Assembly (NCBI GenBank): GCA_964614055.1
Contig: CAZTKE010000001.1
Location: 6,349-70,348, forward strand
DNA length: 64,000 nt
From: an uncultured Desulfovibrionales bacterium
GTDB lineage: Bacteria; Desulfobacterota; Desulfovibrionia; Desulfovibrionales; Desulfonatronovibrionaceae
Direction: 5' to 3'
Shown: one piece after another, positions 45,017 to 55,304 of the stretch
How positions within the stretch are numbered: position 1 is the first letter of the stretch
Layout of the letters: each line of letters starts with the position of its first letter
The notes under the pieces: generated by a model
The model's database searches: none
The model's input: the letters and a program-made list of their open reading frames with translations, nothing else
Told to the model about the DNA's origin: nothing
Program-made: the position numbers and the translations under genes

Positions 45017-45934
45017 CTATGCAAGGGCCAGATGCCAGGCGATAACCACAACCAAAAAAGTCGCCGTTCCCAGAAAAAAGGATATAGCTTTTGACGGAGG
45101 CAAGGGCAAGGGCTGGAAACGCAGGATTGCCCCCCAGGCCAAACCGCAGAATACCCCCCAGAAATGAGCGGCCAGATCTGTATTTTCTCCGCCGGCACCG
45201 AGCAGGGCCAAAAGGGCCAGGGCCATGACAACCGCATCAATGCCGTTTTTAAGCCCCCTTCGGTTCTTGTGCACAGCCACCATAATCCCGGCCGCGGCAA
45301 AAACAGAGGTGGAAAAACCGATGCTCAAATGTCCCGGTCCGCGGATCCAGGCATTGACCATATTTCCAGCCCAGCCGGAAAAGACAATCCCCGTCCAGCC
45401 AAGACCTGTTCCCAGACGGGAACAGACCAAAACCACAAAAGGGGCGCCGAAAACCACATTGCCCAGGACATGGGCGGGATCGGCATGCAGGGTCAGGGCG
45501 GTCAAACCCAGCCACCACTGCCCGGACAGAATCGCCCCGGAATCAGCCGCTCCTTTCTCGGTCCAGCTTATATGCCCCAGGCCGGGCAGCTCCGCCCCGC
45601 CCTGAAACAGGCTGAAAAAAAGAAGCAGCCCGCCCAGAATAAGCAAATTTCCGGACCAGGGCAGAGGGAGGCTCTCGGTGCTCCTTTCCGGAACAGAAAC
45701 ATTTTCCCTTTCATAGGCCAGGATATTATCCAGGGCCCGGGGAGCACTGCTGGGAGTGACCTTGATCCGCCCGGAAGCCAATTCGTAAGGGATGCCCATC
45801 GCCTCCAGAACCAGGGTCCATTCATCGCCTTTGCCTTCCGGGCGCAAACCGGCTTCCCGGGCTTTTTGACCTATATCCACTTTGTTTTGCGGATCAGTTA
45901 GATCGCTTGGGATATAATCCTGGGTAACGTTCAA
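45017..45934 (-). CDS. Rhomboid family intramembrane serine protease
   Basis: HADPAHVLGN, GFSTSVFAAAG (GxSx) and AHFWGVFCG (His) in a 6-7 TM core. There is an N-terminal soluble domain. Confidence 0.8.
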   Translation of the reverse strand: MNVTQDYIPSDLTDPQNKVDIGQKAREAGLRPEGKGDEWTLVLEAMGIPYELASGRIKVTPSSAPRALDNILAYERENVSVPERSTESLPLPWSGNLLILGGLLLFFSLFQGGAELPGLGHISWTEKGAADSGAILSGQWWLGLTALTLHADPAHVLGNVVFGAPFVVLVCSRLGTGLGWTGIVFSGWAGNMVNAWIRGPGHLSIGFSTSVFAAAGIMVAVHKNRRGLKNGIDAVVMALALLALLGAGGENTDLAAHFWGVFCGLAWGAILRFQPLPLPPSKAISFFLGTATFLVVVIAWHLALA

Positions 45935-46081
45935 TTGATTTTAAAACCCGTTTTATATGTTTACCGATCAATTGGGCACCTGCCCTGTATTTGTCAATTA
46001 CAACAAAAAATATTAAGGAAAGCCAGTTTCGCGGGGGGCGAAAATTCCCAACAGCCGCAATAAAAAAAGGAAAAGGATTCA

Positions 46082-47065
46082 ATGTCCAAGGTACTGGTCA
46101 CCGGCGGCGCCGGATACATAGGATCGCACACGGTTTTAGCCCTGAATCAGGCCGGATACGAGGTAGTGGTTTTCGACAATTTGTCCACCGGGCAAAAGGA
46201 CGCGGTCCTCCCCCCGGCCAGGCTGGAAACCGGGGATCTTGAGGAAACAGAAAAGCTGGACCGTATCATGCACAGGGAAAAATTCAGCGCGATCATTCAT
46301 TTCGCGGCCAGCATCATTGTCCCGGAATCCGTGAGCGATCCCCTTAAATACTACCAGAACAACACAGCAAAGACCACCGGGCTTATAAATCTGGCCATCA
46401 AAAACAATATCCCCAATTTTGTTTTCTCCTCCACGGCCGCGGTCTACGGAATGCCCAAGGAGGTGCCCGTGGATGAAACCGCCCCACCGGACCCGATAAA
46501 TCCTTACGGCCGGAGCAAGCTCATGAGTGAATGGGTGATCCGGGATGCGCACAAAGCCCATCCGGGGTTCAAATATGTGATCCTGCGCTATTTCAATGTG
46601 GCTGGAGCGGACCCGGAGGGCAGAATCGGCCAGCAAACCCCCAACGCCACCCACCTGATAAAGATCGCCTGCCAGACCGCCCTGGGCAGAAGGAACAATC
46701 TCCCGGTTTACGGTACGGACTATCCCACGCGGGACGGCACCGGGGAGCGGGATTACATCCATGTATCTGACCTTGCGGACGTGCACGTAAAAACTCTTGA
46801 ATACCTGAAAAGAGGTAATGAACCGGAGATATTCAATTGCGGATACGGGCACGGATATACGGTCCGGGAAATAGTGGAGGCGGTGCGCAAAGTCAGCGGC
46901 AAGCCGTTTGAAATCCGCGAGGAGGAGCGCAGACCCGGCGATCCGGCCCGGCTGATCGCCGATCCCTCTTTACTGGGCACCAGGGTGGACTGGCATCCGC
47001 GCCTGGACAACATTGAGGAAATAGTTAAAAGCGCCCTGGACTGGGAAGAAAAAATGCCCGTCTAG
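46082..47065 (+). CDS. galE: UDP-glucose 4-epimerase
   Basis: GGAGYIGSH, SSTAAVYG and YGRSK (YxxxK). Confidence 0.9.
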   Translation: MSKVLVTGGAGYIGSHTVLALNQAGYEVVVFDNLSTGQKDAVLPPARLETGDLEETEKLDRIMHREKFSAIIHFAASIIVPESVSDPLKYYQNNTAKTTGLINLAIKNNIPNFVFSSTAAVYGMPKEVPVDETAPPDPINPYGRSKLMSEWVIRDAHKAHPGFKYVILRYFNVAGADPEGRIGQQTPNATHLIKIACQTALGRRNNLPVYGTDYPTRDGTGERDYIHVSDLADVHVKTLEYLKRGNEPEIFNCGYGHGYTVREIVEAVRKVSGKPFEIREEERRPGDPARLIADPSLLGTRVDWHPRLDNIEEIVKSALDWEEKMPV

Positions 47066-47288
47066 TCATGAGGTGAAATTTGGCTCCCGGACTTTTATGT
47101 GAATAAGGCACTTGCAATCCATTTCTTTTCCCGGAGAGTCGGTTTCCAGAAGTATCCCGGTATACCGGGAAAAAACAATTTTTTCCTTTCCGCGCCAGAG
47201 GCCAAGTTTCTTGACTTCAGCCGGGTGATATTACATTTTTAGTGCTTACGATTTACATGCAACAAAATTTGCGGAGGATCCGAACCTG

Positions 47289-50111
47289 ATGAGCGATTAT
47301 AAAGACACCCTGAACCTGCCCAAGACAAAATTCCCCATGCGGGCCAACCTGACCAAAAACGAACCCAAGATGCTTGAATACTGGGAAAAAATCGACGCCT
47401 ACGGGCAAATGGTCAGGCAAAGCAAAGAAAAAACACCCTTCACCCTGCATGACGGCCCCCCGTATGCCAACGGCAATATCCATCTGGGCACGGCCATGAA
47501 CAAGATCCTCAAGGACATGATCGTAAAGTCCAGAAACATGAACGGGTACAAGGCGGAATATGTGCCCGGCTGGGACTGCCACGGCCTGCCCATCGAACTC
47601 AAGGTGGAGCAGTCCCTGGGGAAGGATAAAAAGGACATGTCCATTTTGGATATCCGTAAACTCTGCCGTGAATATGCCCTCAAGTACCTGGATATCCAGC
47701 GCAATGAGTTCAAGCGGCTGGGTGCTTTCGGGACCTGGGAGGAGCCCTATCTGACCATGAGCCCGGAATACGAGGCGGCCACTGCCGGAGAGCTGGGAAA
47801 ATTCATTGCCCGCGGCTCGGTGAAGAGGAGCAAGAAGCCCATATACTGGTGCTCCTCCTGTGAAACCGCCCTGGCCGAAGCAGAGGTGGAATATTTCGAC
47901 CATACCTCACCTTCCATATATGTAAGCTTCCCTTTGCCGGATAATAATATCTCCCGGGTTATACCGGAAGCAGATCCAGAAAACCTGTTTGTCCTCATCT
48001 GGACCACCACCCCGTGGACAATACCGGACAACATGGGAATTGCCCTGCATCCCCAAGCCGAATATGTCCTGGCGGAAGCAGGAGGCAAGCAATTCATACT
48101 CGCGGCGGAGCTTCTGGAGGAATGCGCGGAAAAGACAAACTGGCAGGAGCCAAAAATACTGACCAGATTTCCCGGAAGCAAACTGGAAGGCCTGCAAGCC
48201 AGACACCCTATTTATGAACGCACGTCGCATATCGTGCTCGCGGACTACGTCACCCTGGAGACCGGTACCGGCTGCGTGCACACCGCTCCCGGACACGGAC
48301 GCGAGGACTATGAAACCGGCCTTAAATACGGGCTTGAGGTCTACTCCCCCCTGGACGATAAAGGCCGATTTTTGCCCGAGGTGGAATTCTTTGCCGGTCT
48401 GAACGTGTTCGAGGCCAATCCCGAGGTCGTTTCCAAGCTGAAGGAACGGGGCAATCTCCTGGCCGAGGAGAAGATATCCCACTCCTATCCGCATTGCTGG
48501 CGATGCAAAAAACCGGTCATATTCCGGGCCACGACCCAGTGGTTCATCTCCATGCAGGAAAACGACCTGCGGGACAAGACCTTGAAAGCCATTGACAATG
48601 AGGTCACCTGGATCCCCTCCTGGGGCCGGGAGAGAATACACAACATGATTGAACACCGTCCGGACTGGTGTATCTCCAGGCAAAGGAACTGGGGAGTGCC
48701 CATAATCGCCCTTATATGCAAGGACTGTGGCCAGGCCTGGTATGACCCGGACTGGGTCCGGGAAATAGTCAACCGGTTTGAAAACCATCCCACGGGTGCG
48801 GACTACTGGTTCGAGACCCCGCTTAAAGAACTCATGCCCAAAGACTTGAGTTGTCCGCATTGCAAAGGACAAAACTTCAAGAAAGAAGACAATATCCTGG
48901 ATGTATGGTTTGATTCCGGGACCAGCTTCGCAGCGGTAGTGGAAAAGAGAAAGGAATGCGACTTCCCGGCCGATCTTTATCTGGAGGGCACGGACCAGCA
49001 CCGGGGATGGTTCCACAGCTCGCTTCTGGCCAGCGTGGGCACCAGGGACAAGCCCCCGTACAAGGCGGTTCTCACCCACGGCTTTGTCGTGGACGGGTAT
49101 GGCCGGAAAATGTCCAAATCCATCGGGAACGTTGTTGCCCCGCATGAGATAATCGACAAATACGGGGCGGAAATATTGCGTATGTGGGTCTCCTCGGAAA
49201 ATTACCAGGAAGACATGCGCATTTCCGAGGAAATCCTGAAAAGGCTGGTGGATGCCTACAGGCGGATTCGCAATACCAGCCGCTTTCTTTTGGGGAACCT
49301 ATATGATTTTCACCCGGAAACCGACAGCCTCAATCCGGAAGAAATGCTCCCACTGGATCGCTTTGCCCTGGATCTTATCCTGGAACGGAACCGGAAGATG
49401 CTGTCTTCATTTGAAAGATATGAATTCCACAAGGTATTTCATCTCCTGCACAATCTGTGCGTGACCGACCTCTCCGCATTCTATCTGGACATAATAAAAG
49501 ACCGTATCTACGTTAATCCCCCGGACAGCAGGGAAAGGCGTTCCGCCCAGACCGTTTTGTACCAGGCGGCCATGCTCCTCTTGCACAATATGGCTCCCAT
49601 TTTAAGCTTTACCGCCGAGGAAGCCTATCAACACCTTCCGGAACAACTGCGCGAGCACGATTCGGTATTCAGTCTAAGACACGAGTTTCCAGACCGGGGA
49701 ATAATCTCCGAGGAGGAAAAGTCCGACTGGGAAATAATTGTCAAGTTGCGCAATGAAATCACCAGAGCCATTGAACCGGAACGCAAAAACGGCACCCTGG
49801 GGCATTCCCTGGATGCACGGGTGACTGTATTCGTACCGGAAGAGATGCTCCGGAAACTGAAAAACGTGGAAGAGCACCTGCGGGAAACTTTTATTGTCTC
49901 CCAGGTGGTTCTGGACAAGCTGGGCAACGCACCGCAAGACAGCTACGAGGGACAGGATCTGGAGGACATCCGAATCGGGGTGGAGACTGCCCGAGGCGAA
50001 AAATGCGCCAGATGCTGGACCTTCAGCGAAGAATTGGGAACAGATCCCGACCATCCCCAGGCTTGTCCCAGATGCACGCGCATACTACATAAATTAGAAA
50101 AAAAAGAGTAA
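47289..50111 (+). CDS. ileS: Isoleucine--tRNA ligase (type 1, C-terminal Zn finger)
   Basis: [15 protein letters not shown] (HIGH), [10 protein letters not shown]1 editing region, and C-terminal CARCW...CPRC. Confidence 0.95.
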   Translation: MSDYKDTLNLPKTKFPMRANLTKNEPKMLEYWEKIDAYGQMVRQSKEKTPFTLHDGPPYANGNIHLGTAMNKILKDMIVKSRNMNGYKAEYVPGWDCHGLPIELKVEQSLGKDKKDMSILDIRKLCREYALKYLDIQRNEFKRLGAFGTWEEPYLTMSPEYEAATAGELGKFIARGSVKRSKKPIYWCSSCETALAEAEVEYFDHTSPSIYVSFPLPDNNISRVIPEADPENLFVLIWTTTPWTIPDNMGIALHPQAEYVLAEAGGKQFILAAELLEECAEKTNWQEPKILTRFPGSKLEGLQARHPIYERTSHIVLADYVTLETGTGCVHTAPGHGREDYETGLKYGLEVYSPLDDKGRFLPEVEFFAGLNVFEANPEVVSKLKERGNLLAEEKISHSYPHCWRCKKPVIFRATTQWFISMQENDLRDKTLKAIDNEVTWIPSWGRERIHNMIEHRPDWCISRQRNWGVPIIALICKDCGQAWYDPDWVREIVNRFENHPTGADYWFETPLKELMPKDLSCPHCKGQNFKKEDNILDVWFDSGTSFAAVVEKRKECDFPADLYLEGTDQHRGWFHSSLLASVGTRDKPPYKAVLTHGFVVDGYGRKMSKSIGNVVAPHEIIDKYGAEILRMWVSSENYQEDMRISEEILKRLVDAYRRIRNTSRFLLGNLYDFHPETDSLNPEEMLPLDRFALDLILERNRKMLSSFERYEFHKVFHLLHNLCVTDLSAFYLDIIKDRIYVNPPDSRERRSAQTVLYQAAMLLLHNMAPILSFTAEEAYQHLPEQLREHDSVFSLRHEFPDRGIISEEEKSDWEIIVKLRNEITRAIEPERKNGTLGHSLDARVTVFVPEEMLRKLKNVEEHLRETFIVSQVVLDKLGNAPQDSYEGQDLEDIRIGVETARGEKCARCWTFSEELGTDPDHPQACPRCTRILHKLEKKE

Positions 50112-50116
50112 CTTAT

Positions 50117-50611
50117 ATGCAAAACAAATACAAACTGGTCGGCGGGCTGGGCCTTATAACGGTCATTCTGGACCAGGCCAGCAAACTATGGATACAAAAA
50201 ACCCTGAGTTATTTTGATTCCATAGATATAATTCCCGGATTCTTTCAGTTGGTGTACGTACTGAACAAGGGTGCGGCCTTCGGCTTCCTGAATCGGGCCG
50301 ACAGCAGCTGGCAGACCTATTTTTTCATAATAGTCACCGCCCTGGCCATAGTCCTTATATTCCACCTGGTCCGCTCCGTGGATCGCCGCGACCTGCTTCT
50401 TTTTACCGGACTGGGGCTTATTCTCGGCGGAGCTGTCGGAAATCTGATAGACAGGATCAGAATCGGACAAGTCATCGACTTTCTCGACTTTTATCTCGGA
50501 TCGCATCATTGGCCGGCCTTTAACGTTGCGGACATAGCCATATTCATAGGGACTGCTTCGCTTATAATCTCCTTTTACAAAAGGAAAAAGAATGCATCCA
50601 ATACTCCTTGA
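50117..50611 (+). CDS. lspA: Lipoprotein signal peptidase II
   Basis: NKGAAFG and FNVADIAI blocks. It starts 5 nt after ileS. Confidence 0.92.
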   Translation: MQNKYKLVGGLGLITVILDQASKLWIQKTLSYFDSIDIIPGFFQLVYVLNKGAAFGFLNRADSSWQTYFFIIVTALAIVLIFHLVRSVDRRDLLLFTGLGLILGGAVGNLIDRIRIGQVIDFLDFYLGSHHWPAFNVADIAIFIGTASLIISFYKRKKNASNTP

Positions 50612-51347
50612 ATTCGGGCCGCTGACCGTACACAGCTATGGTTTTTTCATCGCCCTGGCCTTCCTGGCCGGGATGGGCTGGACCATGCGCGAGGCCGGGC
50701 AAAGAGGACTGCCGTCCAAATATGTCCCGGATTTTTCCTTCTACATAATCCTGGGCAGCATTATCGGAGCCAGGATACTGTATGTACTCCTCAATCCTTC
50801 CTATTTCCTGGAAAATCCCCTGGAAGCCTTCATGTTCTGGAAAGGCGGGCTGGTCTTTCTGGGCGGGGCCATAGTAGCCACCTTTCTGGGTTATCTGTTC
50901 TTAAGAAAAAAGTCCCAACCCATTTGGCCCTGGCTGGACGCACTCGCTCCCGGTCTGGCCCTGGGGCAGGCCATTGGGCGTCTGGGGTGTGTCTCTGCCG
51001 GATGCTGCTACGGGAAACCCTGCGATCTTCCCTGGGCCATCACCTTTTCCGACGTCAACAGTCTGGCACCTCTGCATACTTCCTTGCATCCCACCCAAGC
51101 ATACCATTCCCTGGCCGGCCTGCTTTCTTTTATAATCCTGCTGATCTTTAAAAAAAGGATTACCACTCCGGGGAAACTGATGGGAACGTTTCTCGTCCTT
51201 TACTCCACCTTTAGGTTTGGTATAGAATTTTTTCGTGGTGACTACCGCGGAGATCTCGGGATATTAAGCGTCACCCAGATTCTGGCCGCGGGGATATTTG
51301 TTTTGGGAATATCCATACTCACATTAAGGAAAAATAAATGTTCGTAA
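50592..51347 (+). CDS. lgt: Prolipoprotein diacylglyceryl transferase
   Basis: HSYGFFIALAF, GARILYV, GRLGC..GCCYGKP and HPTQAY blocks. It overlaps lspA by 20 nt. Confidence 0.92.
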   Translation: MHPILLEFGPLTVHSYGFFIALAFLAGMGWTMREAGQRGLPSKYVPDFSFYIILGSIIGARILYVLLNPSYFLENPLEAFMFWKGGLVFLGGAIVATFLGYLFLRKKSQPIWPWLDALAPGLALGQAIGRLGCVSAGCCYGKPCDLPWAITFSDVNSLAPLHTSLHPTQAYHSLAGLLSFIILLIFKKRITTPGKLMGTFLVLYSTFRFGIEFFRGDYRGDLGILSVTQILAAGIFVLGISILTLRKNKCS

Positions 51348-51550
51348 AACTTTTCAGCTCTCCTCTTCTGTTTTTATTGCTTATAATTCCCATTTTGCCC
51401 AATTTGTGGGCCATCTGGCACAGTTTTCGCTGCGAATTCAACACACCGCAGGAAAAAATGGCCTGGCTGGCTGCTGCTGTATTTCTGCCGGTCATCGGCG
51501 GAATCATATACATCATCTGGGGGAGAAGACGTGGACAAAAAGTCATATAA
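51338..51550 (+). CDS. PLDc_N-type small membrane protein
   Basis: 70 aa with two TM segments. W..FLPVIGGIIYIIWGRR is typical of the PLD N-terminal small-protein family. It overlaps both neighbours. Confidence 0.6.
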   Translation: MFVKLFSSPLLFLLLIIPILPNLWAIWHSFRCEFNTPQEKMAWLAAAVFLPVIGGIIYIIWGRRRGQKVI

Positions 51551-52424
51551 AATAATCCTGTTTTCCGGTTGCTTAGCCTGTCTTTTCCTGGCCGGATGCG
51601 CGAGCAAAACCGAACTGCAGAACCTGCAATCCGGAATGCGCAGTCAAAACAATGAACTGCGCAAGGAAAACAAGGAATTAAAAACCAAGCTCCAGGGACT
51701 TGAAGACAAACTTAAACAGGTTAAAAAGGATATCCAGGAAACCAGCTCCCCGGTCCGTTCCAAACAGGCGGAAATCTGGGCGGAAGTGGAATCCCTGCGT
51801 GTGCAGCAGGCCACGCTCATGGGCCAGGTTGATTCCCTGGAGCGGGAAATAAACCTGCTCAAATCCGGAGACAAAAACGCCAGCCGCTCTGAATACGCAA
51901 GCAATCTGGCCGATCTGGTCCAGAAACACGAAAAATACTGGCAAATGGCCAAAAGCCAACTGGACCTGGATCTTAAAGAAAAACAGGACAAAAAATCCCC
52001 GCCGGAAAAAAAACCAGAGCCGGCCGAAGACAAGAAAAAATATTCCTTTGACAGTCCGGAGGAGATGTACAAGCAGGCGTTGAAGTCTTTTTACGACCGC
52101 AAATACGACAAGGCGCAGGAGTTGTGGCAGGGATTCGCCCGCGAATACCCGGATCACTCCCTGGTTCCCAACGCCTGGTTCTGGCAGGGGGAAGCCTATT
52201 ATCAAATGCAGGACTACGCCCATGCGGTATTGGGATATCAAAAGGTCATTGCCGATTATTCCCAAAGCAACAAGATCAAACCCAGCATGCTCAAGCAGGG
52301 CATCTCCTTTTATAAGATGGGCAAGGAAAAGGCGGGCCGGCTGATCCTGCAGGAGCTGATAAAAAAATATCCGGACTCCACAGAGGCCCGTCGGGCCAAA
52401 GGTTTTCTAACCAAAAAAGACTAA
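51531..52424 (+). CDS. ybgF: Tol-Pal system protein YbgF/CpoB-like (coiled coil plus TPR lipoprotein)
   Basis: GTG start. Lipobox FLAGCAS. Coiled-coil region. C-terminal YKQALKSFYDRKYDKAQELWQGFAREYPDHSL..AWFWQGEAYY TPR block. Confidence 0.75.
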   Translation: MDKKSYKIILFSGCLACLFLAGCASKTELQNLQSGMRSQNNELRKENKELKTKLQGLEDKLKQVKKDIQETSSPVRSKQAEIWAEVESLRVQQATLMGQVDSLEREINLLKSGDKNASRSEYASNLADLVQKHEKYWQMAKSQLDLDLKEKQDKKSPPEKKPEPAEDKKKYSFDSPEEMYKQALKSFYDRKYDKAQELWQGFAREYPDHSLVPNAWFWQGEAYYQMQDYAHAVLGYQKVIADYSQSNKIKPSMLKQGISFYKMGKEKAGRLILQELIKKYPDSTEARRAKGFLTKKD

Positions 52425-52450
52425 CCTCAAACCTTGGGATTTTAAGCTTT

Positions 52451-52885
52451 ATGTTGGCTTCACCAAAACAGTACTCCAAATTCATAATTCTTCATTTTGC
52501 TCCGGAAATAGCCCGAAGCCCGATGATGTATAATCTGGCCCGGAATTTTGATCTCACTTTCAACATTTTAAAGGCCAGAATCAATCCCCGGGAGGAAGGA
52601 CACATGATCCTGGAACTTTCCGGGGCGGAAGACGATTTTCACCGCGGAGTCTCCTATCTCCAGGAACACGGCATATCGGTCCAGAATGTATCCCAGCACA
52701 TATCCAGGGATGAAAAGAAATGCATGCACTGCGGTGTGTGCACGGCTGTATGCGCGACCAAGGCGTTGTATCTGGATACGGAGTCCAGGGAAGTATGCTT
52801 TGATTCCAACAAATGTTCGGGGTGCGGGATGTGCACGGTGGTCTGCCCTGTTGATGCCATGCACGTGGAAATCGATGACCTGTAG
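52451..52885 (+). CDS. NIL domain / 2x[4Fe-4S] ferredoxin fusion protein
   Basis: The N-terminal NIL-like region is IILHFAPEIARSPMMYNLARNFDLTFNILKARI. It is followed by CMHCGVCTAVC and CSGCGMCTVVCP. Confidence 0.8.
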   Translation: MLASPKQYSKFIILHFAPEIARSPMMYNLARNFDLTFNILKARINPREEGHMILELSGAEDDFHRGVSYLQEHGISVQNVSQHISRDEKKCMHCGVCTAVCATKALYLDTESREVCFDSNKCSGCGMCTVVCPVDAMHVEIDDL

Positions 52886-52945
52886 ATGCCGGGCCCGTTC
52901 ACTTAACACCTAAAAAGGCACCAAGTGCCGCAGCTGGAGGTGGAC

Positions 52946-53479
52946 ATGGAAAAGCAAAGCCGCACATACATGCGGATATCAACGCGGACAAAGGCCTATA
53001 TTCGCCGCCTGGCCTCTCCGGATACCCGTCCCCTGGCCTCCGGGTGCGCTTCCTGCTTTACCCATTCCGCGTCCAAAAGCCTGCAGGGCGCCCAGCTCCC
53101 CCAGGACCTGATCAATTTCCTAAAAGAAATGGACTCCAAGCTGGATATGGTCTTGAACCTTTTGAACCAGGAATACCTGCACGGCCAGTTCGATTATGAA
53201 TGCGATGTTGTGGAGATAAGCGGTGCCGGACTGCAATTCACAAGCAGCGAGGAATTCGAGTCCGGGGAAGCGGTGGAATTGGCCATAATCCTGTCCCAGA
53301 TCCCTTTCCGCATAGTCGGCCTTGTCGGCTCCATCCACAGGGTGGAAAAAGAGGATACAGAAGAACACAAGACCTATGCGGTTGAATACACCTCGATTCG
53401 GGATGAGGATCGGGAGGCGATTGTTCAGTTCGTATTTCACGAGCAACGCGAACAGATAAGGGAGCGTCAGAATGATTGA
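52946..53479 (+). CDS. PilZ domain protein
   Basis: RISTRTKAYIRR (RxxxR) and DVVEISGAGLQF (D/NxSxxG). An alternative GTG start lies at 52925. Confidence 0.7.
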   Translation: MEKQSRTYMRISTRTKAYIRRLASPDTRPLASGCASCFTHSASKSLQGAQLPQDLINFLKEMDSKLDMVLNLLNQEYLHGQFDYECDVVEISGAGLQFTSSEEFESGEAVELAIILSQIPFRIVGLVGSIHRVEKEDTEEHKTYAVEYTSIRDEDREAIVQFVFHEQREQIRERQND

Positions 53480-54221
53480 GAATATATCCTGGCAGACATG
53501 GGTTCCCTTGTATCTACAATGCAATGCCGGACTTAAGATTCCCGGGATAACCCACAACCTGAACAACTATATCCATATCCTGGATATGCAGGTTTCCCTA
53601 CTGAGTTCCAAATGCAACTCCAAGCCGGACACCCCAATTTCCGATTACCGGGACAGGCTGGACAAAATCAATGAAAACAACCGCAATCTTCTGGATTTCC
53701 TGCATATAAACAGCAACTGGTCGTTTTACACCCAAAAGGAACGCATCCAGACCGGCATTCCGGATTTTATTGACTGGCTGACCCGGTTCTGGACCAACGA
53801 CCTGTTCTGCAAACACAAGATAAGCATTGAAATCGAGCTGGAGGACAATCTGCCCAACCTGGATCTTCCGGCACTTACCCTGACCTTCTGCATGGACCAG
53901 GCTCTGAGCAATGCAACTGAAGCCTGCTGCCTAATAAATCCGGACGTTGAACAAAACATCGCCCTCAATGCTGCGGCGGAAAAAAACGGGGTCAGATTAA
54001 GCCTTGTTTCTCCCCAGCCCATGGCCATGGACGAAAATACCGCCTGGCAGGCGGGAACAAGTAGCAAGGAAGGCCATCTGGGACTGGGCCTGTATCTGAT
54101 ACAGGACATGTGCGCGGATCTCGGCTGGGAACCACGCATCATCACTGGAGCGGAATCAACCGAGTTTCATCTCCTGATCCCGGAGAAAAAGACCGAATTT
54201 GAATTCGGGCGGGCGGATTAA
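53472..54221 (+). CDS. Sensor-less histidine-kinase-like protein (H-box plus HATPase_c)
   Basis: ITHNLNNYIHIL is a candidate H-box. The N-box is QALSNATEA and the G-box is GHLGLGLYLIQDM. It overlaps the PilZ gene by 8 nt. Confidence 0.6.
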   Translation: MIENISWQTWVPLYLQCNAGLKIPGITHNLNNYIHILDMQVSLLSSKCNSKPDTPISDYRDRLDKINENNRNLLDFLHINSNWSFYTQKERIQTGIPDFIDWLTRFWTNDLFCKHKISIEIELEDNLPNLDLPALTLTFCMDQALSNATEACCLINPDVEQNIALNAAAEKNGVRLSLVSPQPMAMDENTAWQAGTSSKEGHLGLGLYLIQDMCADLGWEPRIITGAESTEFHLLIPEKKTEFEFGRAD

Positions 54222-54380
54222 CCGACTGCTAAAAAACTCCTTATAACGCAGGTCCTTTAAAAATCCCCTGGGCAAGGCGAAGAAAATATTAAAAATCCAC
54301 GCGCGGCGTCGGAAAGCCAAAGATTTTAAGCCGGTCTGCCCGAATATCCGCCGGACCGATGCGAAAAAAACAGTACCAAT

Positions 54381-55304
54381 TCACTTCTTTTTCTTGGATC
54401 GGGGATGGGCCTGATCATAGACCCGGCTCAAGCTGTCCAGGTCAAGGTGGGTATATCTCTGGGTGGTGGAGATGCGCTTGTGTCCCAAAAGTTCCTGCAC
54501 GCTTCTTAAATCCGCCCCGCCCTGCAAAAGGTGAGTGGCAAAGCTGTGCCTGAGATCATGCGGGCTCACTGCCGCCGGGAGCCCGGCCTTGAGGCACATC
54601 TTTTCCAGAATTCGCCTTACTTCTCTGCGGTCCAGCCTTGCCCCGCGCATGCCCAGAAATACCGCCCGCTCCCGGGGATCGGAAACAAACGCATCTCTTT
54701 GCTCCAGATAGCGCTCCAAACTCTCCATGCCGGGCCGGGTTAGAGGACTGAGCCTTTCCTTGTTCCCTTTCCCCCACACCCGGACAAGCCCCTGGGAAAT
54801 ATCCACATCCTCCAGGTCCAGACCCGTTGCCTCGCTCACCCGAAGTCCGGAACCATACATGAGCTCGGCCAGGGCGAGGTTGCGCAAAGACTTGGGGTCC
54901 GTCCCGGAATTTTCCCGCATCAGGGTCAAGAGCTGATCCACATTAAGCGTATTCGGCTGGCCCTTTTTCTGCTTGGGATTGTGCACCCCGCGGCAGGGAT
55001 CGTCCGCGAGCATTTCCCGCCGGATCAAGAAACGAAAAAAAGCCCGCAGGGAAGAAAGCTTGCGGGCCGTGGAAGACTTGGCCGTGTTTTTTTCGTGCAG
55101 CCTGCCCAGAAAAAAGGTTATATCCCGGGCGGTAATATCCTGCGGGGAATGCAGGCCCTTGTCCATTTCCAACAAAAAGTCGTTGAACTGCAAAAGGTCA
55201 CGGCCGTATGCGGACAATGTCGCCCCGCTGTAGCCCTTTTCCACATCCAGATAGGCCAAAAAAAGCTGTAGTGGTTCAGGTAGATGTTCTTCGGTCCAGG
55301 ACAT
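54381..55304 (-). CDS. xerC: Tyrosine recombinase XerC/XerD family
   Basis: N-terminal SAM-like domain (LFLAYLDVEKGYSGATLSAYGRDL). Catalytic ARLDRRE.., HDLRHSFATHLL and LGHKRISTTQRYTH. Confidence 0.88.
   Translation of the reverse strand: MSWTEEHLPEPLQLFLAYLDVEKGYSGATLSAYGRDLLQFNDFLLEMDKGLHSPQDITARDITFFLGRLHEKNTAKSSTARKLSSLRAFFRFLIRREMLADDPCRGVHNPKQKKGQPNTLNVDQLLTLMRENSGTDPKSLRNLALAELMYGSGLRVSEATGLDLEDVDISQGLVRVWGKGNKERLSPLTRPGMESLERYLEQRDAFVSDPRERAVFLGMRGARLDRREVRRILEKMCLKAGLPAAVSPHDLRHSFATHLLQGGADLRSVQELLGHKRISTTQRYTHLDLDSLSRVYDQAHPRSKKKK

Noticed and set aside
47066-47288. T-box leader or attenuator upstream of ileS
   Set aside because: No T-box sequence (..GGGTGGTACCGCG-like) or specifier-loop architecture is visible. 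The region is better explained by a galE terminator-like palindrome (TCCCGGTATACCGGGA followed by A/T runs) and a TTGACT -35-like hexamer at 47211.
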